From an uncultured Eubacteriales bacterium (GTDB lineage: Bacteria > Bacillota > Clostridia > Oscillospirales > Acutalibacteraceae), in the NCBI GenBank assembly GCA_900317795.1, contig ONIF01000034.1, forward strand, positions 1-28,862: a DNA stretch of 28,862 nucleotides, in the 5' to 3' direction. Below, piece after piece: positions 1 through 8,092 of the stretch (position 1 is its first letter; every line of letters starts with the position of its first letter). The notes beneath the pieces are model-generated. The model saw only the letters and a program-made list of their open reading frames with translations, did not search any database and was not told the origin of the DNA. A program made the position numbers and the translations under genes.

Positions 1-97
1 TCCTTTTGTCATTCTGAGGAACGAAGTGACGAAGAATCTTTCAAAGATTCCTCGCTTCGCTCGGAATGACATAGGGCGATTTATTTTGTCGTTTACT
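1..97. repeat. REP-like palindromic element, copy 1 (may extend beyond the left window edge)
   Basis: 1-97 matches 26126-26222 at 95/97 nt. Core 7-71 is an imperfect inverted repeat, TGTCATTCTGAG...GAATCT-ttcaa-AGATTC...CTCGGAATGACA. Confidence 0.85.
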
Positions 98-104
98 ACA
101 AATT

Positions 105-344
105 TTAGTCAAGATATGAACCTACCGGACTGTAATTGTACTGCTTTTTGATTTTCATTATGACAGAACCGTCAGGCTGAGTGGTTTCCTCAACAATCTT
201 GTATTTGGTGTTGTTTTTTGCCAGAGAAGATTTATATTTCTCGACCTCGTCTTTTACAAACTTTACCGCAAGATTATGTTCAACATTTTCACTGAGCATA
301 AAGTGGAGTGTCTGACAAATACACGCTTCTTTTATTCTTTTCAC
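105..344 (-). CDS. Small hypothetical protein (79 aa)
   Basis: GTG start with a strong GGAGGTG RBS, and a TGnTATAAT promoter upstream (425-433). No domain recognised. Confidence 0.75.
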   Translation of the reverse strand: MKRIKEACICQTLHFMLSENVEHNLAVKFVKDEVEKYKSSLAKNNTKYKIVEETTQPDGSVIMKIKKQYNYSPVGSYLD

Positions 345-368
345 AATAATTCACCTCCAAAAATAATA

Positions 369-414
369 AACGTGCCGCAAACAACCGGACTTACGCAGTA
401 ATTTGCAACACGTT
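369..414 (-). promoter_or_regulatory. Structured 5' leader hairpin (candidate attenuator or cis-regulatory RNA)
   Basis: 13-bp stem AACGUGUUGCAAA/UUUGCGGCACGUU with two G-U pairs, so it closes fully only on the minus strand. It is followed by a U-rich run and then the RBS. Confidence 0.5.
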
Positions 415-424
415 AGTTTATTGT

Positions 425-433
425 ATTATATCA
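425..433 (-). promoter_or_regulatory. Extended -10 promoter of the 79-aa gene
   Basis: TGATATAAT on the minus strand, about 80 nt upstream of the start codon. Confidence 0.55.
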
Positions 434-538
434 TTTTATCCCGATAAAACCAAATGGTATTTTTGCACAAAAAACATCGTACCATACGGACAGCAAATTT
501 TATATAAAAATATTTTGTAAGAAAATGAAAACTACCTG

Positions 539-567
539 TTGACATTTTGATATCTTTATGATATTAT
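539..567 (+). promoter_or_regulatory. Sigma-A promoter of the SPFH-Arc operon
   Basis: TTGACA (539-544), a 17-bp spacer, then TGaTATTAT (-10 at 562-567). Confidence 0.75.
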
Positions 568-612
568 AACGATAGATTTGGAAATCAAATAAATTCTTTG
601 GAGGTAGTTTCT

Positions 613-1641
613 ATGAAAGAGAAAATTTATACTGCAAAAAAATTAGGTGTTCCCATGATGTTCTTGGTTATTCTCATGTTCCTGTGTTCGCTGGCGGGAT
701 TTATAATGGGTGTCGGCCATTTTATCAACTGCGATGATAACGGTTTGCCCGTTCAGCCGCTTTATGTATGCCTGTTTGTGGGAGGTATCATTTTATTTGT
801 CCTTTCCTGCATACTTTGCGGAGGTTTTAAAATGCTTAATCCCAATGAAGCTGTTGTACTCAATCTTTTCGGCAAATACAAGGGTACTTTGAAAGAAGCA
901 GGATTTTATTATGTCAATCCGTTCTGCGTATCGTTCAATCCTGCGGCAGATACAAAACTTCGTCAGAGTGATGATGTCGGTGCAAATAAAAGTCTTTCCG
1001 CTTCAACCAATCAGCAGGCAGTTACAAGTAAAAAAATTTCTCTTAAAATGATGACCCTCAGCAACAACAAACAAAAAATCAATGACTGTCTGGGCAATCC
1101 TATTGAAATCGGTATCGCTGTTATATGGAAAGTCGTTGATACTGCAAAGGCTGTTTTCAGCGTGGATAACTATAAGGAATTTCTTTCTTTGCAGTGTGAT
1201 GCGGCTCTTCGTGAGATAGTCAGAACATATCCCTATGACGTTGCACCCAATATAGATACAACAGGCGATGGCGTGGCTGATGACGGCAGTTTGAGAGGTT
1301 CAAGCGAAATCGTAGCCGCTAAAATAAAGGCTGAAATTCAAAAAAGAGTTAGTGAGGCAGGTCTTGAAATCGTTGAGGCAAGAATTACATATCTTGCATA
1401 CGCCCCCGAAATTGCCGCTGCAATGCTTCAAAGACAGCAGGCTTCCGCTATCGTTGATGCAAGAAAATTGATTGTTGACGGTGCAGTAGGTATGGTTCAG
1501 ATAGCTCTCGACAGTTTGAGTGAAAATAAGATAGTTGACCTTGACGATGAAAGAAAAGCCGCTATGGTATCCAATCTGTTAGTCGTACTCTGTGGTAATC
1601 ACGATGCTCAGCCCGTTGTAAATTCAGGCTCTCTGTACTGA
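613..1641 (+). CDS. SPFH/Band 7 (stomatin/prohibitin/flotillin/HflK) domain membrane protein
   Basis: Two N-terminal hydrophobic segments, then SPFH-type motifs (EAVVLNLFGKYKGT, NPIEIGIAVIWKVVD, LEIVEARITYLAYAPEIAAAMLQRQQA). Start moved from 598 to ATG 613, which follows a GGAGGT RBS. Confidence 0.9.
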   Translation: MKEKIYTAKKLGVPMMFLVILMFLCSLAGFIMGVGHFINCDDNGLPVQPLYVCLFVGGIILFVLSCILCGGFKMLNPNEAVVLNLFGKYKGTLKEAGFYYVNPFCVSFNPAADTKLRQSDDVGANKSLSASTNQQAVTSKKISLKMMTLSNNKQKINDCLGNPIEIGIAVIWKVVDTAKAVFSVDNYKEFLSLQCDAALREIVRTYPYDVAPNIDTTGDGVADDGSLRGSSEIVAAKIKAEIQKRVSEAGLEIVEARITYLAYAPEIAAAMLQRQQASAIVDARKLIVDGAVGMVQIALDSLSENKIVDLDDERKAAMVSNLLVVLCGNHDAQPVVNSGSLY

Positions 1642-1667
1642 TAAAAATATAGACAGGCGGTGAAGTC

Positions 1668-1865
1668 ATGAGCGAAAAAAAACAAATTCCGTTACGGCTG
1701 AAAAAAGAATTGTATGACGCACTCTGTGCATGGGCAGAAGATGATTTTCGTTCCGTCAACAGTCAAATAGAGTATCTTCTAACGGAGTGTGTTAGGCAAA
1801 GAAAGAAAAATGGCAAATATGTTTCCGAACATCTTGACGAACCACCCGAAATCAATATTGAATAA
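1668..1865 (+). CDS. Arc-family ribbon-helix-helix DNA-binding protein
   Basis: 65 aa with pattern [34 protein letters not shown] (beta strand plus two helices). RBS AGGCGGTG. Confidence 0.8.
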   Translation: MSEKKQIPLRLKKELYDALCAWAEDDFRSVNSQIEYLLTECVRQRKKNGKYVSEHLDEPPEINIE

Positions 1866-1869
1866 CAAT

Positions 1870-1902
1870 AAAGAGCCTCTCTGCTAAGGAGCGGCTCTTT
1901 TT
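1870..1902. terminator. Probable bidirectional intrinsic terminator between arc and topA
   Basis: AAAGAGCC...GGCTCTTT stem with T/A tracts, between convergent genes. Confidence 0.75.
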
Positions 1903-1922
1903 ATATTGAAGATAAATTTTAT

Positions 1923-4067
1923 TTATTCTTCCGCAGATGACGACTGTGATACGGCTATCTGTATAATTTCCGTTTCTTCGGAATTGTCCTCTATGGAATA
2001 TCCGCAGCCCTCTGCCGTGCAGAATAAAACAGGTTTCTTGCCCTTTTTCTTGAAAAGCACTCCCCCACATTGCGGACATTTTTCGCTTGTCGGCTGATAC
2101 CATGATATAAAATCGCAGTTCGGATAGTTGGAACAGCCATAAAACAACCTGCCCTTTTTGGTCTTTCTCACCACAACAGAACCGCTGCATTTCGGACAGC
2201 TTACATCTTTTAATATATCTATCAATTTCACTATGTTCTTGCAGTCGGGAAAGCCCGAACAAGCAATAAATTTTCCGTATCTGCCGAACTTTACCACCAT
2301 AGGCTTTCCGCATTTGTCGCATACAAGGTCGGTTTTGTCGTCTTCCAGCTCTATTTTGACATCTTTCATATCTTCTTTCGCCTGTTTGAGAGTTTTGTCA
2401 AAATCCGTATAAAAATCCGTTAAAAGCTGCACCCAGCCGCATTCGCCCTCCTCAACGGTGTCGAGTTTCTGTTCCATTTGTGCCGTGAACTTGACGTTCA
2501 CTATTTTCGGAAATCTCTCCTCCATGAGTTTCGTCGTCACTTCACCGAGTTCTGTCGGGTACAGAGTTTTATTCTGACGCTTTACATACTCTCTTGAAGT
2601 GATTGTAGAGATGGTTGCCGCATAGGTTGACGGTCTGCCTATTCCGTATTCTTCCATGGCTTTTATTAAAGAAGCCTCCGTATAACGTGCAGGGGGCTGG
2701 GTGAAATGCTGATTGGGCTGCATTTCCTTTATTTTCACGGGCATATCTTTTGTAAGTTCGGGCAGTTCACTTTCTTTTTCTTCGTCACCATTGTCCGTAC
2801 TTTCAACATAAAGAACCGTGTAGCCGTCAAAATCCACTACATAGCCCGATGCCTTGAAAATATAGCCGTTTACATTGATATCCGCCTGAGTGGTTTTCTG
2901 TATGCACTCCGCCATTTGACAAGCGATAAATCTTTCCCATATCAGCTTATACAATTTATACTGGTCATTGGACAAACTTGTTTTAATGCTGTCGGGGGTG
3001 AGAGTGACCGTTGTAGGTCTGATTGCTTCATGTCCGTCCTGTGCATTGGAACGGGATTTGAAATGCCTGTGACCGCCCGACGGCAAGTATTTGACACCCC
3101 ATGTATTTTTTATATAATCCTCTGCCGCATCAAGTGCATCTTCGGAAAGTCTGAGAGAGTCCGTTCTCATATAGGTGATAAGACCGACCGCACCCATGCC
3201 TTGAATATCAATGCCCTCATACAACTCCTGTGCAATTTTCATCGTTCTCTTTGACTGAAAACCAAGCTTTCTGGAAGCCTCCTGCTGCAAAGTAGAGGTA
3301 ATAAACGGCGGTGCAGGCTGACGTTTTCTTGTACCATGCTTTACTTTCTCAACAAACGGCTGTGCGTCTTTCATCTCGTCAAGAATTTTTTCAGCCTGTT
3401 CTTTACTTGAAATCTTTATTTTTCCGTCAGCGTTTCCGTGAAATGCCGCTGAAAAAGCCTTTCGGCTGCCTTTTGGAATAAACTTTGCGTCTATACTCCA
3501 ATATTCTTCGGGCTTGAAAGCTTTTATTTTTTCTTCACGGTCAACGATTATTCTGACTGCAACGGACTGCACACGACCTGCCGACAAGCCCTTTCTTATT
3601 TTCTTTGACAGAAACGGACTTAATTTATATCCCACAAGCCTGTCCAAAATACGTCTTGCCTGCTGGGCGTTTACAAGGTCTATATCTATTTTTCTGGGAT
3701 TTTTCATACCCGTGCTGACACCTGTTTTTGTTATCTCGTTAAAAGTAACTCTGTTGGTATCATTCAAATCAAGCCCCAAAAGATATGCCAAATGCCATGA
3801 TATAGCCTCTCCCTCACGGTCGGGGTCTGTTGCAAGATAGACATAGTCACTTTTTTCCGCAAGCTTTACAAGGTCGTCTGCAAGCTTTTCCTTGCCCTTG
3901 ATTATCTCATATTTCGGTGTAAACTTCTTTTTTATATCGACACTTAACCTATTAGGGTTCAAGTCCCTTATATGCCCCATCGAAGCAACCACTTCATATC
4001 CCGTACCAAGATATTTTTTAATCGTCTTTGCCTTTGCAGGCGACTCCACTATAACAAGTTTCGACAT
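1923..4067 (-). CDS. topA: DNA topoisomerase I (type IA) with C-terminal zinc ribbons
   Basis: LVIVESPAKAKTI, ATDPDREGEAISWH, LSAGRVQS, GLITYMRTDS, GIGRPSTYA and C4 zinc fingers. Start at ATG 4067 after GGAGGA. Confidence 0.97.
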   Translation of the reverse strand: MSKLVIVESPAKAKTIKKYLGTGYEVVASMGHIRDLNPNRLSVDIKKKFTPKYEIIKGKEKLADDLVKLAEKSDYVYLATDPDREGEAISWHLAYLLGLDLNDTNRVTFNEITKTGVSTGMKNPRKIDIDLVNAQQARRILDRLVGYKLSPFLSKKIRKGLSAGRVQSVAVRIIVDREEKIKAFKPEEYWSIDAKFIPKGSRKAFSAAFHGNADGKIKISSKEQAEKILDEMKDAQPFVEKVKHGTRKRQPAPPFITSTLQQEASRKLGFQSKRTMKIAQELYEGIDIQGMGAVGLITYMRTDSLRLSEDALDAAEDYIKNTWGVKYLPSGGHRHFKSRSNAQDGHEAIRPTTVTLTPDSIKTSLSNDQYKLYKLIWERFIACQMAECIQKTTQADINVNGYIFKASGYVVDFDGYTVLYVESTDNGDEEKESELPELTKDMPVKIKEMQPNQHFTQPPARYTEASLIKAMEEYGIGRPSTYAATISTITSREYVKRQNKTLYPTELGEVTTKLMEERFPKIVNVKFTAQMEQKLDTVEEGECGWVQLLTDFYTDFDKTLKQAKEDMKDVKIELEDDKTDLVCDKCGKPMVVKFGRYGKFIACSGFPDCKNIVKLIDILKDVSCPKCSGSVVVRKTKKGRLFYGCSNYPNCDFISWYQPTSEKCPQCGGVLFKKKGKKPVLFCTAEGCGYSIEDNSEETEIIQIAVSQSSSAEE

Positions 4068-4086
4068 AACTTCCTCCACAAAAAAA

Positions 4087-5256
4087 TTATTTTCTTATAT
4101 AACCCTGTCCTGCCGTTCCTTTTATCAATCCCATAATTTCCAGTTCTGTCAGAGCAGCTTTTACATACTGTGCAGACAGCCCCGTTTTGTTTGATATATC
4201 ATCGGAATCAACAGGCACATCTGAAATTGTATGATACACCATAAAAGTATTTTCTGTCAACTGTTCCTGCAAAATTTTATCGTTTTCCATATCAACTTTT
4301 TCTCTTGCAGGGATTTTTTCTTCTTCTTTTTTCTCTGTCGGAATATATTTTTCAAAGCGAATGCGATTTTTTATGACATAACCCGACTGTTCATACCAAT
4401 CAAGTATATCCGCATGGGAGATGACAGCTTCTGCACCCTGTTCTTTCAAAGCGTTTGAACCTGCAAATCTTTCATCATATTTGCATTCCTCTATAAAAAA
4501 CACCTTTCTTTTCAGTTCAAAAGCTTTATCAGATGTTTTCAAAGCACCGCTTGAAGCACCTGCCTGCACGACAAGAGTACAGTCCGATATGCCTGCAATT
4601 ATCCTGTTTCTATGAACAAAAGTGTGTCTTTGAGATGACATATAGGGCGGATATTCCGAAATCACTGCACCGCTTTTCGCTATTTCGTTTCTCATAGGCT
4701 TGTTTTTCATAAGATAATTATGGTCAAGACCGCACCCCATGACACATACAGTCTTTCCTCCGCATGAAAGCGAGCCTTTATGTGCGGCAGTGTCAACGCC
4801 CTCCGCACCTCCGCTTACAACTATCACATCATTCAATGCAAGTCCTGCCGCTATGTCAAAAGCATATTTTTTACTGTCGGCTGTTGCTTTTCTTGAACCC
4901 ACTATGGCAGTACAATAATTCTCTTCCAAATCGGGCATTTCTCCCTCAACGTACAGCAATAACGGACAGTCTGCAAGTTCCTTTAATTTACGGGGATACC
5001 TGCTGTCAAAAAGCGTCAGAATGCCGTACCCCCCGTTCATACAGTCCGTATATACTTTTTTTGCATATCGAAAGTCCTTTTGAAGTATCTTATATATTGC
5101 GTGCTTACTGAAAAGCCCCGAATTTCTCAAAGTTTCCTCGTCAGAGGTCACTATATCCTCGGGCTTTTCAAAAAATTCAAACATTGCCCTCGTTTTGGCA
5201 TTCGCAAAACTGATACAGTCCTGCAGCCATATCCATAATACCGCCCTGTCCGTCAA
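4087..5256 (-). CDS. dprA: DNA-processing protein DprA (Smf)
   Basis: AIVGSRKAT, VIVVSGGAEGVDTAAH, ISEYPP, RNRIIAGIS, plus a C-terminal winged helix; dprA-topA synteny. Probable TTG start at 5256 after GGGGTGGT. The longer ORF start lies inside a heptamer repeat. Confidence 0.93.
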   Translation of the reverse strand: MTDRAVLWIWLQDCISFANAKTRAMFEFFEKPEDIVTSDEETLRNSGLFSKHAIYKILQKDFRYAKKVYTDCMNGGYGILTLFDSRYPRKLKELADCPLLLYVEGEMPDLEENYCTAIVGSRKATADSKKYAFDIAAGLALNDVIVVSGGAEGVDTAAHKGSLSCGGKTVCVMGCGLDHNYLMKNKPMRNEIAKSGAVISEYPPYMSSQRHTFVHRNRIIAGISDCTLVVQAGASSGALKTSDKAFELKRKVFFIEECKYDERFAGSNALKEQGAEAVISHADILDWYEQSGYVIKNRIRFEKYIPTEKKEEEKIPAREKVDMENDKILQEQLTENTFMVYHTISDVPVDSDDISNKTGLSAQYVKAALTELEIMGLIKGTAGQGYIRK

Positions 5257-5273
5257 AATACCACCCCACTTAT

Positions 5274-5308
5274 CAATGTGCAATGAGCAATGTGCAATGT
5301 GCAATGAT
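5274..5308 (+). repeat. Heptamer tandem array, 5 x CAATG(T/A)(G/T)
   Basis: caatgtg caatgag caatgtg caatgtg caatgat. Confidence 0.85.
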
Positions 5309-5310
5309 TT

Positions 5311-6090
5311 TTACTGCTGAAATCTGTATAAAAGTATTGCCGCTGCTGCCGCTGCATTCAGAGATTCCGCCCTGCCACGCATTGCTATTTTTACCCGCTT
5401 TGAACTTGCTTTTATCGTTTCCTCTTTCAGTCCGTTTCCCTCGTTGCCTATCAGCATAACTCCGCCTTTTGAAAAATCCACGCTTTCAATATTCTCTGCA
5501 TTTCTCGGTGTAGATGCATATATCATTATATCCGACTTTGCAAGTGAGGATATGTATTCCGTAAAGTCCTCCGCAATCATTACGGGCAGTCTGAAAACCG
5601 CCCCCATGCTTCCTCTTACCACTTTCGGTGAATATATATCGCAACAGTCTTTTGAAAGAATAATGCCGTTTATCCCCAAAGCTTCGGCAGTTCTTAAAAT
5701 CGTTCCCATATTTGACGGGTCCTGTATGTTTTCAAGCCCTGCATAATGCTGTCCAATCTCTATTTTATACGATAAAATTTTTTTGTCAAGGGTTTTGAAT
5801 ATACATAACAGCCCTTGTGGTGAGTTGGTATCTGAAATCTTTTTAAAAAGCTGTTCGCTTATCTCATAACTTTTCTTTGAAACGGAAAAAATCTTCTCAA
5901 ATTCTTTCGGATATTTTTCCATACCGTTTTTTGTATATAAAAAAGCCTTTATTTCAGCCCCCGACAAAACCCCGTCTATGCAAAGCCTTGCCCCCTCTGC
6001 AATAAAGCTTTCATTTTGCCGTCTGTAAGACGAACTTGAAAGCAGTTTGGAAACGTGCTTTATCATTTCATTATCCTTGCTTGTTATCAT
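5311..6090 (-). CDS. TrmH/SpoU family RNA 2'-O-methyltransferase
   Basis: SPOUT motifs LENIQDPSNMGTILRTA, IGNEGNG and AESLNAAAAAAILLY. Confidence 0.92.
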   Translation of the reverse strand: MITSKDNEMIKHVSKLLSSSSYRRQNESFIAEGARLCIDGVLSGAEIKAFLYTKNGMEKYPKEFEKIFSVSKKSYEISEQLFKKISDTNSPQGLLCIFKTLDKKILSYKIEIGQHYAGLENIQDPSNMGTILRTAEALGINGIILSKDCCDIYSPKVVRGSMGAVFRLPVMIAEDFTEYISSLAKSDIMIYASTPRNAENIESVDFSKGGVMLIGNEGNGLKEETIKASSKRVKIAMRGRAESLNAAAAAAILLYRFQQ

Positions 6091-6590
6091 TCATATTCCC
6101 TCAATCTATCTCTTATATACAATGCCGTCTGAGATATTGTCAAATTTTTTTCCTCAACCGTTATATCCGCATATTTCTCATATAAAGGCACTCTTTCATT
6201 ATATAAATCCTTTAAAGTCTGATTTTTGCGGATAGCCACTCCCCTTTGTTCGAGGTTGCCAAGACGGTGATTGATTTCTTCATACGGCAGTTTGATATAT
6301 ACAACTATTCCTATCTTTTTGAGATGTTCCATAGCCTCCCTGCCGTAAACGACACTTCCGCCTGTTGCAATTACACTTCTTTTAACATCTATTGACGCAT
6401 TGACTTTATTTTCTATTTCTTCAAAGCCCTCTATGCCCTCCTGCTCGATTATGTCATGTAAAAGTCTGTTTTCGCTTTCCTGTATGAGCAAATCCGAGTC
6501 CAGAAACCTGTAACCCAATATTTTCGCCAAAACAACCCCTACTGTACTCTTTCCGCAACCGGGCATTCCTATTAAAACTATATTTTTCAA
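6087..6590 (-). CDS. aroK: Shikimate kinase
   Basis: Walker A GMPGCGKS, FLDSD, IATGGS, LYNERVPLYEKYAD. Probable TTG start at 6590 after GGAGGG; 4-nt overlap with the next gene. Confidence 0.92.
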   Translation of the reverse strand: MKNIVLIGMPGCGKSTVGVVLAKILGYRFLDSDLLIQESENRLLHDIIEQEGIEGFEEIENKVNASIDVKRSVIATGGSVVYGREAMEHLKKIGIVVYIKLPYEEINHRLGNLEQRGVAIRKNQTLKDLYNERVPLYEKYADITVEEKNLTISQTALYIRDRLREYE

Positions 6591-6608
6591 AATCTTCCCT
6601 CCAAAAAT

Positions 6609-6643
6609 CATTGCTCATTGCACATTGCTAATTGCTAATTGAA
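6609..6643 (-). repeat. Heptamer tandem array, 5 units
   Basis: Plus strand reads cattgct cattgca cattgct aattgct aattgaa. Confidence 0.8.
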
Positions 6644-6677
6644 AAATGCACCCAAGTTTTTGTACTCAGGTGCATTT
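6642..6677 (-). terminator. Intrinsic terminator of infC-rpmI-rplT
   Basis: 14-bp stem AAAUGCACCUGAGU/ACUUGGGUGCAUUU ending in a U run on the minus strand. Confidence 0.8.
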
Positions 6678-6686
6678 GAAATTTCA

Positions 6687-7040
6687 TTAAAGAGCAGCCT
6701 TAGCCTTTTCAACAAGAGCTGTAAAGCCTGCTGCGTCTGCGATAGCGATTTCAGAAAGCATTTTTCTGTTGAGAGTAATGCCAGCCTTTTTCAAGCCGTT
6801 CATGAAAGTAGAGTAGTTAATGCCGTTAGCCTTGCAGCCTGCGGAAATACGGGTAATCCAGAGTCTTCTGAAATCTCTCTTTTTCTGCTTACGACCGATA
6901 TATGCATAGTTGCCGCTTTTCATTACGGCTTCTTTCGCCATTTTAAAGTGCTTGCTTTTAGCACCCCAGTAACCTTTTGCAAGTTTAAGAACCTTTTTTC
7001 TTCTTTTGCGTGTTGCCAACGCACCCTTTACACGTGCCAT
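6687..7040 (-). CDS. rplT: 50S ribosomal protein L20
   Basis: MARVKG...[14 protein letters not shown]...[11 protein letters not shown]; canonical operon position. Confidence 0.99.
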   Translation of the reverse strand: MARVKGALATRKRRKKVLKLAKGYWGAKSKHFKMAKEAVMKSGNYAYIGRKQKKRDFRRLWITRISAGCKANGINYSTFMNGLKKAGITLNRKMLSEIAIADAAGFTALVEKAKAAL

Positions 7041-7061
7041 ATTATATACCTCCGATAGTAA

Positions 7062-7259
7062 TTATTTGTAAGGAATAAGTCTTTTGATAGCTGCTACATT
7101 TGTCTTATCGGCAGCAACTGTCTTTCTCAGACCTCTTTTTCTCTTGGTGGTCTTCTTGTTGAGGATATGTGATTTATTTGCGTGTGCACGGATTACCTTT
7201 CCGGTTTTAGAGAGCTTAAAGCGTTTTTTTGCTCCGCTGTGAGTCTTGATTTTAGGCAT
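7062..7259 (-). CDS. rpmI: 50S ribosomal protein L35
   Basis: [15 protein letters not shown]...[12 protein letters not shown]. Confidence 0.99.
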   Translation of the reverse strand: MPKIKTHSGAKKRFKLSKTGKVIRAHANKSHILNKKTTKRKRGLRKTVAADKTNVAAIKRLIPYK

Positions 7260-7287
7260 TTTGATTGTCCTCCTTGTTTAATTTTGC

Positions 7288-7806
7288 TTATTTGTTGGGC
7301 TTCGGTGCAAGGAACATCAGCATACTGCGTCCTTCAAGCTTTGCAGGCTTTTCTACAAATGCAAATTCCTGACAAGCTTCGGCAAATTTATCCATAATTT
7401 CCGTACCCAGTTCGGGATGTCCCATTTCACGCCCTCTGAAGCGTATGGACACCTTCACTTTGTCACCGCTTTTTATAAATTTCTGCGTATGGTTGAGTTT
7501 CGTGTTAAAATCATGCGTATCTATATTAAGGGAAAGCCTCACTTCTTTAATATCGACAACGTGTTGATTTTTCCTCGCCTCTTTTTCACGCTTTGCCTGT
7601 TCAAAACGATATTTGCCGTAGTCCATGATTTTACACACAGGCGGAACTGCCTGCGGTGCTATCTTCACCAGGTCAAGATTTTTTGCAGCAGCCTTTTCGA
7701 GAGCCTGTGCGGCACTCATTATGCCAAGCTGACCGCCGTTTGAATCTATTACCCTTACTTCCTTATCACGAATTTCCTCATTGATCTGAATTTCCTGCTT
7801 GCTAAT
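7288..7806 (-). CDS. infC: Translation initiation factor IF-3 (non-canonical AUU start)
   Basis: INEEIRDKEVRVI, DLVKIAP, CKIMDYGKYRFE, KVKVSIRFRGRE. In-frame ATT at 7806 lies 9 nt after GGAGGT, as established for infC. Confidence 0.97.
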   Translation of the reverse strand: MSKQEIQINEEIRDKEVRVIDSNGGQLGIMSAAQALEKAAAKNLDLVKIAPQAVPPVCKIMDYGKYRFEQAKREKEARKNQHVVDIKEVRLSLNIDTHDFNTKLNHTQKFIKSGDKVKVSIRFRGREMGHPELGTEIMDKFAEACQEFAFVEKPAKLEGRSMLMFLAPKPNK

Positions 7807-7838
7807 TTCAACGCACCTCCAAAACATTTCTGAAACAT

Positions 7839-7970
7839 AAAGAAAAGCACAGACTTTCTTTCATGTCCGTGCAGCCAACATCACCGAGCAAATACAAAAA
7901 CCTGCCCGAAATAATATTGACCCGTAACAGACGATACCTTACAGGTGAAAGCCGAAACTTTACTTTGTTG
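7839..7970 (-). ncRNA. L20 leader (ribosomal protein attenuator) with terminator
   Basis: Lies between the promoter and infC. AAAG...CUUUCACCUGUAA/UUACGGGU helix, then terminator GCACGGAC/GUCUGUGC-UUUUCUUU (7839-7872). Matches the established Firmicutes L20 leader architecture. Confidence 0.7.
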
Positions 7971-7979
7971 TACCTGTAT

Positions 7980-8008
7980 AATATATCATATTTCATTTCC
8001 TTTGTCAA
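7980..8008 (-). promoter_or_regulatory. Sigma-A promoter of the infC operon
   Basis: TTGACA (8008-8003), 17 bp, then TGaTATATT. Confidence 0.7.
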
Positions 8009-8029
8009 TAGACTTTTTTTATTTTTTCA

Positions 8030-8059
8030 AACAAAAACGACTGAGTTTTCACTCAGCCG
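8030..8059 (-). terminator. Intrinsic terminator of the hydrogenase operon
   Basis: CGGCUGAGU-GAAA-ACUCAGUCG followed by UUUUUGUUU. Confidence 0.85.
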
Positions 8060-8092
8060 CCTTTGCTCTATTACTGTAAGGTAAACTTGTTA

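Noticed and set aside
5257-5304. N-terminal extension MHIAHCSLHI of DprA
   Set aside because: It is a translation of the heptamer array. The RBS supports TTG at 5256.
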